From the IMG/VR virus record IMGVR_UViG_3300033121_001345, positions 4,825 through 68,824 of that record: a stretch of DNA of 64,000 nt, one strand, 5' to 3'. A program made the position numbers and the translations under genes. The stretch is from a virus. Its lineage: Duplodnaviria; Caudoviricetes. Below the pieces are notes generated by a model. That model saw nothing but the letters and a program-made list of their open reading frames with translations, did no database searches and had not been told where the DNA came from. This document shows, piece after piece, positions 47,275 to 57,631 of the stretch (the first letter of the stretch is position 1; every line of letters begins with the position of its first letter).

Positions 47275-47711
47275 TGGCAGTTTCAGCAACAGCATTAGTA
47301 ACAGGTGGAAAGGTTAAATATCGAGTAGACCTTATAGAACATATTGATAGATTTGTCAAATTACGAGAAGGAAAGACAATAATCGTAACTTATGAAGACA
47401 ACCTTCTTGATGAATCTGAAAGAAACAGGATGGTCTCTTACTATAAAAGAGATGTTCTTCCAGCAGTATTTGATATGCTAACAAAGAATGGTGCTTCAGT
47501 AGAAACACTTGATGATGTTGACTGGTTTCTTGTTAACAAGTTTATGCCAAAGAAAAAAGTAACTTCACCATTTACAGGTGATATTCTTATACCAAAAAGA
47601 TTTAAAGACCTTGACGAAGTATCTATGGTTGACTTTTTATCAACTATATCTATGTGGACAACTACAACATACAGACAATCATTACCGAAAATTATAAGAA
47701 ATGAACGATAA
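47274..47711 (+). CDS. NinB/Orf-like recombination protein
   Basis: YY..V.PAV...FL..KF...FKDLD...M.DFL..I..W layout. Confidence 0.5.
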   Translation: MAVSATALVTGGKVKYRVDLIEHIDRFVKLREGKTIIVTYEDNLLDESERNRMVSYYKRDVLPAVFDMLTKNGASVETLDDVDWFLVNKFMPKKKVTSPFTGDILIPKRFKDLDEVSMVDFLSTISMWTTTTYRQSLPKIIRNER

Positions 47712-48189
47712 TAAAGAAAAAACAGAAGCAACAGTTATAAACCTAATGAAAGGAACTCTTTCATTTATAGCTAAAAATGGAGACTACATAACAATACCAT
47801 CTTCTGGTGAAGCAAAGGTTGACATAATAAGAGTAGATGGAGATACCACTGCAAACACACAAGGTCTCGAGATTAAGACAAATAAGACTATTGTTGGAAA
47901 GATTACTGGATTGCCTTCTTATAACAAAGATTACATTTACATTGTTCCAACTCTTGTTTATCAAAGTATTCACCACGAAAGACCAGATGTTTACATAGTT
48001 GATGAATTAATAAGAGACCACGGCACAGTTAAAGTCGCAAAGGCTATATCAAGACCAGAGTTTAAGTCTGTACTTTCCGACTTTGAAAGGATAAATAATA
48101 TACTTGTTTCTATAGATTTTGACAATAGTTCATCTATAATAAATTCTGTTTTTGAGGCTAAAACAATTACAGATAAATACATTAAGTAA
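47701..48189 (+). CDS. Conserved phage hypothetical protein (IPSSG...GLP...IYIV...RPDV...RD)
   Basis: Recognisable phage family pattern; function unknown. Confidence 0.6.
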   Translation: MNDNKEKTEATVINLMKGTLSFIAKNGDYITIPSSGEAKVDIIRVDGDTTANTQGLEIKTNKTIVGKITGLPSYNKDYIYIVPTLVYQSIHHERPDVYIVDELIRDHGTVKVAKAISRPEFKSVLSDFERINNILVSIDFDNSSSIINSVFEAKTITDKYIK

Positions 48190-48212
48190 TAACTATAAAT
48201 ACAAATTTACAC

Positions 48213-49229
48213 ATGCCACGAATACTTACAAATAAGTACGGCTTCCCTGAGCCATTACTAAGGGCATTATCCTTTGATGGATATGAAAAAAGAGGTTACA
48301 TAAGCGTAACGAGTCTTATCGACTCTCCAAAGGTAAGGCTTATAAGAAATAACTTTGAGTATTACGAAGATGTATCAGACCTTGTCTGGTCTGTACAGGG
48401 TTCTGCCATGCATACAGTTCTTGAAAGGGCTTGCGAAATGATTTCTAAGTACGACAGAGACAATGGAATACTTGAACCAAGATATATCGCAGAGCATAAG
48501 ATGGATTACAAGTTTCTTGGGCATCATTTAACAGATAACGGAGAGGGTGTACATATTACTGGAACACTTGACCTACTTCATGTGCTAAAGCCAAGAATAC
48601 TTTTTGACTACAAAAATACTACAGTCTGGAAAATAATAAAATGCAAAAAGACTGTAGACGAAAGAGGCTCTGTTATATATAAAGCAGGAAAAGACGACGT
48701 GGTTGACTGGCAAAAACAGTTAAATATGTATGCACACATGTACTACAAGTTACATGGTATCAAAATAGAAAAAATACGAGTAATTGTCTTTGTAAAAGAT
48801 TGGACCGCAAGGGAAGCATACAAAGAAGACTATCCAGAAAAGCCAGTAGTTATGGTGGATATTCCTGTTTATTCTGATGAATCAATAGAAAAGTTTATAG
48901 TTAAACGAATAGAGACACATTATGCAGCAGAAAGAATATTTAACACAGAAGGGATTGATGCTGTCCCAGAATGTACTCCAGAGGAACGATGGTCGTCTCC
49001 TCCAACATACAAAATAATGCCTTATGAAGGTGCTAAAAGGGCAATATCTGGAGGTGTATATGAAATAACATCAAAAGAGGAAGAAAACAAAGCGATAGCA
49101 CACTATAATGCACTTAAACTTAATGATTCAAAAATATTCCTAAAGAAAGTATTAGGAGAAGACAGAAGGTGCGAGAACTACTGTCCATTAAAAATACACT
49201 GTCATTACTTCAAATCTAAAAATACATAA
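48213..49229 (+). CDS. PD-(D/E)XK RecB/Cas4-like exonuclease
   Basis: GSAMH..LE, GTLDL, DYK, QLNMY, C-terminal Cys cluster CENYC....C. Confidence 0.85.
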   Translation: MPRILTNKYGFPEPLLRALSFDGYEKRGYISVTSLIDSPKVRLIRNNFEYYEDVSDLVWSVQGSAMHTVLERACEMISKYDRDNGILEPRYIAEHKMDYKFLGHHLTDNGEGVHITGTLDLLHVLKPRILFDYKNTTVWKIIKCKKTVDERGSVIYKAGKDDVVDWQKQLNMYAHMYYKLHGIKIEKIRVIVFVKDWTAREAYKEDYPEKPVVMVDIPVYSDESIEKFIVKRIETHYAAERIFNTEGIDAVPECTPEERWSSPPTYKIMPYEGAKRAISGGVYEITSKEEENKAIAHYNALKLNDSKIFLKKVLGEDRRCENYCPLKIHCHYFKSKNT

Positions 49230-49230
49230 T

Positions 49231-50175
49231 ATGCACTTTTTATCATTAGACCAATCATTAGAACTTTTTAACAGCGGTAAACTTAAAAAGTTTAATCATG
49301 GAAAAGAACAAGATATAGACTTTGAGTTCTCGTACTTTAAGAATGGTTTTTCAGGAAGCATACGTATAGCACGAACAGATAAAAAAGACTTTATTACAAA
49401 GTTTGACCAAAAGGCATACGACATTATATGTCCAGCAGTTCCGAGTGATTTTATAGTAAAAGATGGAAACGTAAAACCAAATACTACAGTAACAGTAACA
49501 CATGTTGATAAAGAAACAGCGTTACTTGATGCTTTTGATTACATATCAGAAGAGGCTATATTGTTTGGTGCTGAAGCATATAATGCATCTGATTTTTTAA
49601 ATCCGTTGCTATCAAAAGAAATGTGGAAGCTGGCTATAAAGCCAAAGACTTTAACTGGTTGGGCTTGGTATTCAGAGATACTAAAAAATCCATCACAATC
49701 AAAGAATAAGATTATACCTATAAAAGTTAGACCTTTTATATCAGAAGATTACAACAAGAACAAAACAATCTCAAATCTTATATTGTTTTCAGAAGCATAC
49801 TTAAAGGTTGATTTTCCAGAGCTTTGTCATATATCTGATTTTTCAATAAAGAAAATGACTGAAGGTAAAATAAAGAATACAATAAAAGAGTTACTCGAAG
49901 GTCAAACAGAACATCTTGAATCTTTAATGATACAAAAACTCAGTGGTAATGTTATAGAAAAAATACTTATATACTATAATACAAGCCACGAAAAGTCAAA
50001 AGAAATAAAAGATTTCTTCACAATGATTTCTGGAAGAAAGCCAATAGACTTCAATTATAAATCATATCTTATAGATGATAACACAAGGCTTATCCTTGAT
50101 ATTGAAAAATTTGAGCAAATGAAACTTAATTTAATAACACTTATAAAACAATTAGAATATGGAACACAGCAGTAA
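49231..50175 (+). CDS. Hypothetical protein (314 aa)
   Basis: ORF track. Confidence 0.65.
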   Translation: MHFLSLDQSLELFNSGKLKKFNHGKEQDIDFEFSYFKNGFSGSIRIARTDKKDFITKFDQKAYDIICPAVPSDFIVKDGNVKPNTTVTVTHVDKETALLDAFDYISEEAILFGAEAYNASDFLNPLLSKEMWKLAIKPKTLTGWAWYSEILKNPSQSKNKIIPIKVRPFISEDYNKNKTISNLILFSEAYLKVDFPELCHISDFSIKKMTEGKIKNTIKELLEGQTEHLESLMIQKLSGNVIEKILIYYNTSHEKSKEIKDFFTMISGRKPIDFNYKSYLIDDNTRLILDIEKFEQMKLNLITLIKQLEYGTQQ

Positions 50176-50689
50176 AGACTTACTTGGTATGATGAAACCT
50201 GTATCATCAATACACCACACAAGCCAATCAGCAGACAGTAGTTACAATATAACACTACAGGGTATAAATGGAAGTATGTACTTCAGTGCTGCGTTTATAT
50301 CAGCGTTAAATATTATAAGTGGTTCTGACAGGATAGGTTTATACTATCATCCAGAGATACCTACACTTGTTATGATGTACGTTACTACCAATCACATAGG
50401 AACGCAACCTATCAAGAAATCAAAAGGAAACCCATACAAGATTTATACATCTGAATGGTGTAATCTTTTAAAGAAAAGATTTAGAATAGGAATAAAAAGT
50501 ACATTCAAGTTATACATTCATCCAGATTTAACTTACACTACAGTTATAAATGGAATGAAAGAAAAATGCTATCTGATATACGACAAGACTTCTGAACGTA
50601 CAGATATTGATGAGTTTGTTAAAGCTGAAATAATTGCAGAAACAAAGGCAACAATGAAGCTTATAGAAGACGCAAGTAAAAATAACTAA
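50159..50689 (+). CDS. Hypothetical protein (176 aa)
   Basis: ORF track. Confidence 0.6.
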   Translation: MEHSSKDLLGMMKPVSSIHHTSQSADSSYNITLQGINGSMYFSAAFISALNIISGSDRIGLYYHPEIPTLVMMYVTTNHIGTQPIKKSKGNPYKIYTSEWCNLLKKRFRIGIKSTFKLYIHPDLTYTTVINGMKEKCYLIYDKTSERTDIDEFVKAEIIAETKATMKLIEDASKNN

Positions 50690-50691
50690 TT

Positions 50692-50994
50692 ATGAATCAT
50701 ACAACCACAATTACAGATGATTTACTTCATCCGTATTTCCTCGTGTGCAGAAAAGGAACTATAGAGGTTTATAAAAAGAAAAATAGAAAGAAGTCTGACG
50801 GAACAACAGAGATTTATAATAGTAAAATTGCTACTAAAAGTGGAATACGTGAAGCACTTAAAGCAATGGTAACTGATGCACTCGGAAAAAACAAAAAGAA
50901 AAAACCAGTTAACATAAAAAGTTATGTGAATGAGTACACTAAGCTTTATTTAGAACTTAAGAAAATACTATCAGTAGATGAACTACCTATCTGA
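50692..50994 (+). CDS. Hypothetical protein, probable paralog of the next gene
   Basis: I.DD.L..Y...VYK.K pattern shared with 50978-51292. Confidence 0.55.
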   Translation: MNHTTTITDDLLHPYFLVCRKGTIEVYKKKNRKKSDGTTEIYNSKIATKSGIREALKAMVTDALGKNKKKKPVNIKSYVNEYTKLYLELKKILSVDELPI

Positions 50995-51292
50995 AATACA
51001 CGACGACATACTCGGAAGTTACTCAATAAGGATAACCTCAGATACTGTTTATAAGGTATATAAAAGAAAAGACTGCGTAAAACTTGATGTGTATAAAAAA
51101 CTAAGAAGTGAGGATATAAATGTATCTGAAGAAGATATCAATAAGTATTTTATACTTGTATCAACACATAACAGTTTATTTCTTGCACTTGTTGCTATAG
51201 CAGAAAATAATATGCTTTTTGACAAGACACGAGTAATAGGATTTTTTACGATAATATCAGAATTTAAAAGATATGTTGAATCAATTAAGTAA
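50978..51292 (+). CDS. Hypothetical protein, probable paralog of the previous gene
   Basis: See previous. Confidence 0.55.
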   Translation: MNYLSEIHDDILGSYSIRITSDTVYKVYKRKDCVKLDVYKKLRSEDINVSEEDINKYFILVSTHNSLFLALVAIAENNMLFDKTRVIGFFTIISEFKRYVESIK

Positions 51293-53105
51293 ATACGACG
51301 ACATAGATAAAGGAATACACTTTTTCACAGACGGAGATACTGATATTGTCGTAATGAAAAAAGACATGTTCACTGTTGACGAACTTGACATGGCAGAGTG
51401 CCTAAGAATGTATATTGACAATCAGTCTACTGTATGGATACCTACAATAGAAATAAGTAATTATTCTTTGTATAAATTTATACTTTTTTCCTTTAGGGAG
51501 TTTGTAAGGACTGATTCAAATGAAAGAGATAAAGTGTTTGAGCAACTTAAACAATCTTATATTCGTCATAATGAAATGTTCGCAAAAATTGCGAGAGAAA
51601 GATTTGACAGATATGACGATATGCTTGTACATCAAAAAGATTGTGCGTATCTTGGCTACACAAGAAGAGAAAACATTTTTGCACTCGAACAAGGATTAGG
51701 TAAAACTATACTTGGTATATCACTATCATATATAGTAAAATCAAGGTTAACACTTATAATAACTCCTGGTGTTGTTAAATGGCAGTGGCCTACTGAGATG
51801 ATGGATTGGGGTGTCTGCATGAACGAAATAACAGTTGTTGATGCAGATAAAAAGTCAAACATAGTTGCACCTTATGAAAGGTTTATAATTATAAACTATG
51901 ATTTACTTGAGAAAAACTTGGTAAAACTTAAAATAAAAAATCCTGACCTTATAATACTTGATGAGTGCCATAAAGTTAAAAACATGGACTCAAATAGAAC
52001 AAAGGTATTACATGAACTTCAAGAGGTTACAAAGGCAAGATTATGCCTATTATCTGGAACACCTGTTACAAACAAAACAGAAGATATTTTTTCATATCTA
52101 AAACTTACAACACATAAATACGGAAATAAAAAGAAGTTTGAAGATAAATTTATAGAATCATTTTCAAGCAGAGATGGAAAGTTAAAAACGAGAGGTAAGA
52201 ATCTTGTTTTTCTAAATGACTGCATATCAAACCTTATGATTCGTAGAAGAAAAAGCATATTGAATCTTCCAGAGAAAAAGTACCATAAACTTATATTTGA
52301 TATTACAGGTTCAATGAAAGAAGAGTACGACATGTACTATAATGAACTTGTAGATAAAATATCTAAACACGCAAGGAAAAAAGAACTCGACCTTTCACTT
52401 CAAAGGTTAAATATAATATCGGCAAAGTCAAAAGTAAAACATATAATATCACTTGCAGAAACTGTAATAAAAACCAAACATAAGGTTTATGTAGATGAAA
52501 AATTTATAGATGGAAATACCACAACTGTAATAACAAACAAAGAAATAGAGGTAGATGGAAAGGTTGTAATATTCTGTATGAACACAGAGCCTTTAATGAT
52601 GCTTCAAGAACATTTTAAATCCAGATGTGTTCTTATAGATGGTAGTGTTCCTATGAAAAAGAGAGTTGCAATAGCAAAACTATTCAGAAAAAGTAGGACT
52701 GTAAATGTTCTTATATCACAGTTAGATGCTGGAGGTATAGGATTAAATCTTGTTAATAAAAAAGAGGATGTTAGTCTTCCTCCTATATACACGGTAATAC
52801 ACCTGAATTTTCCATTTACAAATGCTCAGCTTGAACAGGGAAACGACAGAGTACATCGTATAGGTCAGTGGCATCCTGTTGATATTTACTATACACTAAG
52901 TAAGGGTACTATAGATGAAAAGCTATTAGATATAATACAAAGAAAATACCAAGATGTATCTACACTTATCGAAGGTCAAAAAGAAGACATAGACCTCAAC
53001 GATGTTGACTTTGATGAACTTGATATACTTTATAATACAATTCAAAAAGAACATGAGGATTTTTCTGAAAACGAATCAACAGTAAACGACATAATAAATG
53101 GCTAA
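51273..53105 (+). CDS. SNF2-family (SF2) helicase/ATPase
   Basis: EQGLGKT, LDECH, LSGTP, GGIGLNL, QGNDRVHRIGQ. Confidence 0.92.
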   Translation: MLNQLSKYDDIDKGIHFFTDGDTDIVVMKKDMFTVDELDMAECLRMYIDNQSTVWIPTIEISNYSLYKFILFSFREFVRTDSNERDKVFEQLKQSYIRHNEMFAKIARERFDRYDDMLVHQKDCAYLGYTRRENIFALEQGLGKTILGISLSYIVKSRLTLIITPGVVKWQWPTEMMDWGVCMNEITVVDADKKSNIVAPYERFIIINYDLLEKNLVKLKIKNPDLIILDECHKVKNMDSNRTKVLHELQEVTKARLCLLSGTPVTNKTEDIFSYLKLTTHKYGNKKKFEDKFIESFSSRDGKLKTRGKNLVFLNDCISNLMIRRRKSILNLPEKKYHKLIFDITGSMKEEYDMYYNELVDKISKHARKKELDLSLQRLNIISAKSKVKHIISLAETVIKTKHKVYVDEKFIDGNTTTVITNKEIEVDGKVVIFCMNTEPLMMLQEHFKSRCVLIDGSVPMKKRVAIAKLFRKSRTVNVLISQLDAGGIGLNLVNKKEDVSLPPIYTVIHLNFPFTNAQLEQGNDRVHRIGQWHPVDIYYTLSKGTIDEKLLDIIQRKYQDVSTLIEGQKEDIDLNDVDFDELDILYNTIQKEHEDFSENESTVNDIING

Positions 53106-53673
53106 GAATAAAAAACAAGACTCAGCAGAAAAGGTTATATACCAGAAAAAGCTCGCAGAACTAAACGAGGCTGTTCAAAGATTAAAGACAGCAAATTTAC
53201 CAATACCAGATGTTATACTTAAAAAGATTGACATTTACGAAAGTAAACTTAATAAAAATAAGTACGGTGCTAAAAAAGACACAACATCTGTTGAAGGTCA
53301 AACATTTGACTCACAGTTTGAAGCAAAAGTAGCATTGTTCTTAACAAAATCTGGAGTAGACTACAAAACACAGGTTAAGTTTAAGCTAATGGAAGATTTT
53401 AAACTTGTGTATCCAGAAGATTCTGGTAGTATTCCAGAAATAATTCAAGATATTGAGTATCATGCTGACTTTGTTATAAGTGACAAAATAATAATAGATG
53501 TAAAAGGAAACAAGGCTACTCAAACAGCTGCCTTTAACATTAAATGGAAATTACTTAAGAACAAGTTAAGAGATAAGTATTACTATATATTAATAGGTAA
53601 TAACACTGAACTTGCTATGGCGATAGGAAAAATAAAAGTAATACTGTCTAAAATAAAAACCAACAATGGCTGA
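53098..53673 (+). CDS. DUF1064-like endonuclease with N-terminal extension
   Basis: GQTFDSQFEA, QVKFKL, YHADFV, DVKG...F.IKWKL. Confidence 0.75.
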   Translation: MAKNKKQDSAEKVIYQKKLAELNEAVQRLKTANLPIPDVILKKIDIYESKLNKNKYGAKKDTTSVEGQTFDSQFEAKVALFLTKSGVDYKTQVKFKLMEDFKLVYPEDSGSIPEIIQDIEYHADFVISDKIIIDVKGNKATQTAAFNIKWKLLKNKLRDKYYYILIGNNTELAMAIGKIKVILSKIKTNNG

Positions 53674-55579
53674 GAAATATTTTGAGTTTATAGAGCATGA
53701 CATCTCTAACAGAGGTAATATTATTTCACTTGATGATGGGAAAAGAATTCTTCCTGTAAGAAGAAACTATCCGTCATATACAAGCATGTTCTTATTTGAT
53801 GAGGACATAGTTAATCACGTTAAAGATTTGGTTGCATCTGGGAAAAAACCATCTGTTACTGGATTTGTAGGAAGATGCTATATGAATTATCTTTGGCTTG
53901 ATATAGATACTCCAGACGAAACAAAGGATGTTGAAAAGAATATAAGGTCTACTATTGAAGAAACGAAAAAGATAATAGATAATATGATTGTTAAGTATAA
54001 CATGAAAGAGAATAACTTCAAAATATACTTTTCAGGAAATAAAGGGTTTCACATAGGAATACCAGCACACTTATTTGGTGCAGAGAATTATTCTTCTGAA
54101 GCATTACCTGCAATATGTAAGGTTCTTGCAAAAGAAATATCTGATGGTAGTAGAATGGTTGACAGTGTTATTTATAATACAGTAAGAATATTCAGAACAC
54201 CTAATTCACAACATGAAAAGAGTGGTTACTATAAGGTCCAGGTTTCATACCAAACAATAGCGAATCTATCATCAGACACTATACTACAAAATAGTGAGTT
54301 CTGTGTCAACGAGCAATATACACTCGACCTGTTGCCAAATCAAGCACTTACGATGATGTTCCAAGAGTGTTGCAAAAAGGCAAGTAAACACTTTGATATT
54401 TTAAGTACAGTATCTGGAGAGGATAACACTGTACTTAAAAATAAAACATTATTTAGGCTTCCTGAAAAAGGAACAAGGAACGATTCTATTTTCAGGATGG
54501 GTGTTAAGCTGTTTTCTATACCTAAAAATTATTTATCAAACGAGCAGTGCATTGATTTACTCAGAATGATTAGCGATGCTGTTAATACAGCATCTGTCAT
54601 ACGAGGTCAAGACCCACTAACAGAACACGAGGTAAGAACATACATAAATCAATCATTTAAGTACACAAGACTAAATCAGACAATCAATGCTATTGAAGCA
54701 AGAAATATTACTGACCTTGCATTAAAGGTTTATAACTATGCTACAAATGCAAGGTTCATATCTACAGGAATACAAGAGTTTGATGAGGACTTGGGAGGTG
54801 GTGGAATACTTGGAAACCTTTATTCTGTAATAGGAAGAGGTGGTACTATGAAATCTATATTTTTACAGAATCTACTTATAAATGACTGTAAGGCTGGAAA
54901 TCAGAATATATATCTAAATATGGAGATGTCTGAAAATGAGTTCTTTGATAGAACATGCAAAATAATTCTTCAAAAGAACTTTATAGAAATGGTCAGAAGT
55001 GGAGATATAAAAAGAGAAGATATTCAGAAGATACAACATGAAATACACGACGTGATAGGAACAAGACTAATAGTTGTAAACGAGAATGATTTGTCGCCTA
55101 CAGACATAGAGGATATTGTTAAAAGAAAACAAGATGAATCTGGTTCTCCAATACGAGCAATAGTTGCTGATAGTTCTTCTGCTATGGCTATGGTTGGCAG
55201 TAACGATGAAGTAAAAACAGCTGTATATAATTCAAAAGAATTAAAACAGGTTGCAAAAAGACAGAATGTATGTATATTCTTAATAAATCACTGTAACAAC
55301 CAAGCACCTGTAACAATGCGAGATGTCTCTACGTTTGTTCGTGGTGGTTCAAAGACAATAGATAACGGAGATGCTTATTTCTGTTTATCGAAAATAATAG
55401 ACAGAGATAGGTCTGATTTCTTTAGTGTTCCGAAAGATATAGTATATTTACAAGGATATACATACGTTAGATTTGTTAACAAAAGAGAATCTGGAAACAC
55501 ACTTGATAAGGTTATAACAATAGCAGATGATTTAGTAATGGATGTCTGCGAAGAGGATGCTAAATCTTTTAACTTTTAA
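53666..55579 (+). CDS. Primase-polymerase (AEP) fused to a DnaB/SF4-like helicase
   Basis: LWLDID, YFSGNKGFHI, RIFRTPNS, GTRNDSIF, Walker A variant GRGGTMKS, YLNMEMS, Walker B VADS. Confidence 0.85.
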   Translation: MAEKYFEFIEHDISNRGNIISLDDGKRILPVRRNYPSYTSMFLFDEDIVNHVKDLVASGKKPSVTGFVGRCYMNYLWLDIDTPDETKDVEKNIRSTIEETKKIIDNMIVKYNMKENNFKIYFSGNKGFHIGIPAHLFGAENYSSEALPAICKVLAKEISDGSRMVDSVIYNTVRIFRTPNSQHEKSGYYKVQVSYQTIANLSSDTILQNSEFCVNEQYTLDLLPNQALTMMFQECCKKASKHFDILSTVSGEDNTVLKNKTLFRLPEKGTRNDSIFRMGVKLFSIPKNYLSNEQCIDLLRMISDAVNTASVIRGQDPLTEHEVRTYINQSFKYTRLNQTINAIEARNITDLALKVYNYATNARFISTGIQEFDEDLGGGGILGNLYSVIGRGGTMKSIFLQNLLINDCKAGNQNIYLNMEMSENEFFDRTCKIILQKNFIEMVRSGDIKREDIQKIQHEIHDVIGTRLIVVNENDLSPTDIEDIVKRKQDESGSPIRAIVADSSSAMAMVGSNDEVKTAVYNSKELKQVAKRQNVCIFLINHCNNQAPVTMRDVSTFVRGGSKTIDNGDAYFCLSKIIDRDRSDFFSVPKDIVYLQGYTYVRFVNKRESGNTLDKVITIADDLVMDVCEEDAKSFNF

Positions 55580-55589
55580 AATAATAATT

Positions 55590-55961
55590 ATGTCAATTAC
55601 AGAATTTCAAGAAAAAGCCTCAAGAACACTATCTGAGCTAAACGGAAAACAAGAGGACAACTTACACATGGTTCTCGGTATGGTAACTGAATCAGCTGAA
55701 TTAGCTGACGTTTACAAAAAGAACCTTGCATATAAAAAGGATATAGATATTGTAAATGTAAAAGAAGAAATAGGTGACTTACTTTGGTATGTAGTAAACT
55801 TTTGCACAATCAATAAACTTGATATTGGAGAAATACTTGCCACAAATATAGCAAAACTTCAGCTTCGTTATCCAGAGAGATTTGAAGAGCACATGGCGAT
55901 AAACAGAGATATTACTAAAGAACGTGAGTTACTGGAAAATAAGTCAAACAACATTTTGTAA
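55590..55961 (+). CDS. mazG: MazG-like nucleotide pyrophosphohydrolase
   Basis: LGMVTESAEL.D..KK, EEIGDLLWYV, NIAKL..RYP. Confidence 0.85.
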   Translation: MSITEFQEKASRTLSELNGKQEDNLHMVLGMVTESAELADVYKKNLAYKKDIDIVNVKEEIGDLLWYVVNFCTINKLDIGEILATNIAKLQLRYPERFEEHMAINRDITKERELLENKSNNIL

Positions 55962-55968
55962 ATTTTGC

Positions 55969-55999
55969 TTGATTAAAAAACATTATTTAATTATATTTA
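55969..55999 (+). promoter_or_regulatory. Promoter variant TTG-N20-TATATTTA(CG)
   Basis: Same layout as 28951-28982. Confidence 0.5.
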
Positions 56000-56008
56000 C
56001 GCAATTAT

Positions 56009-56311
56009 ATGAAATTATATCCAGACTCAACTATGATGGAAAAGGTTCCAGTCGTGTTTAATGACGAGACCTATTACATAAAGGCATTTGTAACATACGC
56101 TTATTCATTTAATGAACCTTATAAAAATTACGATATACCAGAGAATCCAAAAAGAACAGTCGAGGACGTAATAGAGGTTGCAATACTTAATCTTTATCAT
56201 GTGGACAAAGACGGTCTCTTTATAAAAGACTCAATAGACTCGAGCACTGATATTCATGAGTATATACATGATAATAAAAAGGAAATTTTCTTAAAATTCA
56301 TAAATTGTTAA
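56009..56311 (+). CDS. Hypothetical protein (100 aa)
   Basis: ORF track. Confidence 0.6.
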   Translation: MKLYPDSTMMEKVPVVFNDETYYIKAFVTYAYSFNEPYKNYDIPENPKRTVEDVIEVAILNLYHVDKDGLFIKDSIDSSTDIHEYIHDNKKEIFLKFINC

Positions 56312-56314
56312 ATT

Positions 56315-56554
56315 ATGCCTACTTTTGCAACAGCATTCGCAAACGGAGATACAGCATACACTGTACTTTCAAGCGTTATTAAATCATTCGAGGTTACCAA
56401 AACAGATATATCTGTTACAGGAACAGGCGAAGGAGAAGTACTTGTAATAAAGTACACAGGAACTATTGATGGTGTAACAAGGCAGATAGCCGAAGATAGA
56501 TGCGGTGCTACTGCACAGGCTGCAGCTGACATCCTTGTTTCTGATTTTGACTAA
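56315..56554 (+). CDS. Small Thr/Ala-rich hypothetical protein (79 aa)
   Basis: ORF track. Confidence 0.6.
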   Translation: MPTFATAFANGDTAYTVLSSVIKSFEVTKTDISVTGTGEGEVLVIKYTGTIDGVTRQIAEDRCGATAQAAADILVSDFD

Positions 56555-56575
56555 TTAAATTCTTAATTTTTATTT

Positions 56576-57376
56576 ATGGCAAGAAACTCAGACTTGATAG
56601 CATCCTTTTTCTCTTATATGGGAAATAAACATAATCTTGTTGACTGGATAGTTCCCTTTTTTCCACAGCATAAAACGTATGTAGAGGTTTTCGGAGGAAC
56701 TTTTGCAGTAGGACTAAATAAGCCAAAGTCAGACGTTGAGATATACAATGACCTTAATTCTAATCTGGCTAATTTATTTCATGTTGTACGAACAGACTTA
56801 GATTCTTTTTTAAGTGAACTTGATAAATGTGTTGTTAGTGAAGATTGGCACAAGATGTTTTATAACAACCACTCAAAATACACAGAACTTGAAAACGCTG
56901 TAAGGTATTTTTATGTTATGTGTTTTACATTCAGAGGAAAGTATGACGGAGGGTTTTCTTATGCTGCTGAAGCATCTTATGGAAAAATGTTACAGTCAAA
57001 GGTTCAGATAATAAAGGAGATACACAACAGAATAAAGAATGTAATTATACTTAACAAACCTTGTTTTGATGTTATAAAACAGAATAACGAAAAAGATACA
57101 TTACTTTATCTTGACCCTCCATATGTAAATACAGAACAATATTATAAGAATCTTGCTGGTGCATTTACAGAAACAGAACACATACGTCTTCGTGATATGC
57201 TTGAGCAACATAAAGGCTACTTCTTCTTGTCATATGAAGATGATGAACTTGTTTCTGATTTATATAGAAAGTTTCATATACACAGAAAGCAACTATTAAG
57301 AGAGTCATCAGGCTCAAAAAGATATGAAGTTTTAGTAACTAATTATATGCCACAGAATACATTGTTTTCAATATGA
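56576..57376 (+). CDS. Dam/D12-class DNA adenine methyltransferase (alpha class)
   Basis: YMGNKHNL, YVEVFGG, YNDLN, LYLDPPY, FFLSY. Confidence 0.9.
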   Translation: MARNSDLIASFFSYMGNKHNLVDWIVPFFPQHKTYVEVFGGTFAVGLNKPKSDVEIYNDLNSNLANLFHVVRTDLDSFLSELDKCVVSEDWHKMFYNNHSKYTELENAVRYFYVMCFTFRGKYDGGFSYAAEASYGKMLQSKVQIIKEIHNRIKNVIILNKPCFDVIKQNNEKDTLLYLDPPYVNTEQYYKNLAGAFTETEHIRLRDMLEQHKGYFFLSYEDDELVSDLYRKFHIHRKQLLRESSGSKRYEVLVTNYMPQNTLFSI

Positions 57377-57600
57377 GTAAGTATATAATAGACGGAGAAT
57401 GGAAATATAAAGCTACTGTTGACAAAAACAAAAGAGCTGATTACATGAGAGCTTTATCTGACTTATCAATAAGTACTCACTCTATGGCGGAAGACCTTGC
57501 ATACCTTGAATACGGAAATGACGACGTTAGAAAGAAAAGGATTATAGCAAGAATAACTGATATTAGGGTTGGTCTTGATTTACTTGAAAAAAACTTATAA
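57373..57600 (+). CDS. Hypothetical protein (75 aa)
   Basis: ORF track; coupled. Confidence 0.55.
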   Translation: MSKYIIDGEWKYKATVDKNKRADYMRALSDLSISTHSMAEDLAYLEYGNDDVRKKRIIARITDIRVGLDLLEKNL

Positions 57601-57631
57601 ACAAATTTTCTTAACAAATAAAACTAATTTT

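Noticed and set aside
48213-49229. Cas4 as evidence of a CRISPR system
   Set aside because: Solo Cas4-like exonucleases are common phage recombination genes; no array or other cas genes.
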